A stretch of 17,539 nt of DNA from Fusobacteriota bacterium. Lineage in GTDB: Bacteria; Fusobacteriota; Fusobacteriia; Fusobacteriales; JBNJFI01. The notes below the pieces were generated by a model. That model saw only the letters and a program-made list of their open reading frames with translations. It made no database searches and had not been told where the DNA came from. This document shows, in pieces, positions 17,187-17,539 of the stretch. The DNA is taken from contig JBNJFI010000041.1 in the NCBI GenBank assembly GCA_051746725.1, positions 1 through 17,539 of the forward strand. The letters run 5' to 3'. Each line of letters begins with the position of its first letter. Positions within the stretch are counted from its first letter, which is position 1. The position numbers and the translations under genes are program-made.

Positions 17187-17258
17187 TTCCCCTCCCTGTA
17201 TAGTTATTTTGTTTAAAAATGATTATATTCTGTAATATTGCCGTCATATCATATTTAT

Positions 17259-17291
17259 ATTATAACACATCAATGTTACAGCAATGTTACA
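17259..17291 (-). promoter_or_regulatory. Extended -10 promoter with an OmpR/PhoB-family direct repeat over the -35 region
   Basis: Minus strand TGTAACATTG-C-TGTAACATTG (17291-17271, 11-bp period) then TGtTATAAT (17267-17259); no consensus -35. Confidence 0.65.
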
Positions 17292-17361
17292 AATAGGCCT
17301 TTTTTTTGATTTTTTTATTATAATCTTAAATAAATATTCTTATATTCTAGAACTTATATAT

Positions 17362-17424
17362 AAAAAAGACCCTAAGTATATTATAAAAAGTTAAATACTA
17401 GACTCTTTATAATACTTAGGATCT
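17362..17424 (-). terminator. Long hairpin plus U-tract, probable terminator of the gene entering from the right
   Basis: Minus-strand RNA AGAUCCUAAGUAU-UAUAAAGAGU...ACUUUUUAUA-AU-AUACUUAGGGUCU followed by U-run. The G-U pairs favour the minus strand. Confidence 0.7.
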
Positions 17425-17472
17425 ATACAAAGTATAACTTCTCTGGATATTTTATGCTATTTTAATTTAGAA

Positions 17473-17539
17473 TCATTTAGAATCAATTTCAATTTCAAAC
17501 TCTTTTATAAAGTTTATAAATTGCTCTGTCTCTTCCTTC
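17473..17539 (-). CDS. 3' end of a gene truncated by the window edge (...KEETEQFINFIKEFEIEIDSK*); product unknown
   Basis: Open frame from the edge to TGA at 17475-17473 encoding an amphipathic helix, followed by a same-strand terminator-like hairpin. Confidence 0.55.
   Translation of the reverse strand, partial: KEETEQFINFIKEFEIEIDSK

Overview
Very AT-rich bacterial DNA with canonical sigma70/sigmaA-type promoters and strong GGAGG ribosome-binding sites, probably from a low-GC anaerobe (Fusobacteriota or Clostridia-like; taxon is inference). Left to right: (1) a lipoprotein GH53 endo-beta-1,4-galactanase and a DUF6933/pRiA4b ORF-3 protein on the minus strand; (2) a four-gene plus-strand operon encoding two small DUF318-like membrane proteins, a SHOCT protein and a Cu(I)-type CsoR repressor, with a CsoR-type operator over its promoter but no copA/copZ; (3) a complete ammonium-assimilation cluster of NADP-type gdhA, type III glutamine synthetase and divergent gltB-gltD; (4) an orphan hybrid sensor kinase (TM-sensor-TM-HAMP-PAS-HisKA-HATPase-REC); (5) the 3' end of another minus-strand gene. 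No rRNA, tRNA, CRISPR array or transposase was seen. The best candidates for undescribed biology are the CsoR-controlled two-subunit permease operon and the kinase upstream region, which holds a perfect ARG-box-like palindrome, an OmpR/WalR-type direct repeat at a -35 position and an unannotated 24-codon ORF. The glnA, gdhA and gltB leaders also carry repeats and hairpins. All functional assignments come from motif recognition without database searches.
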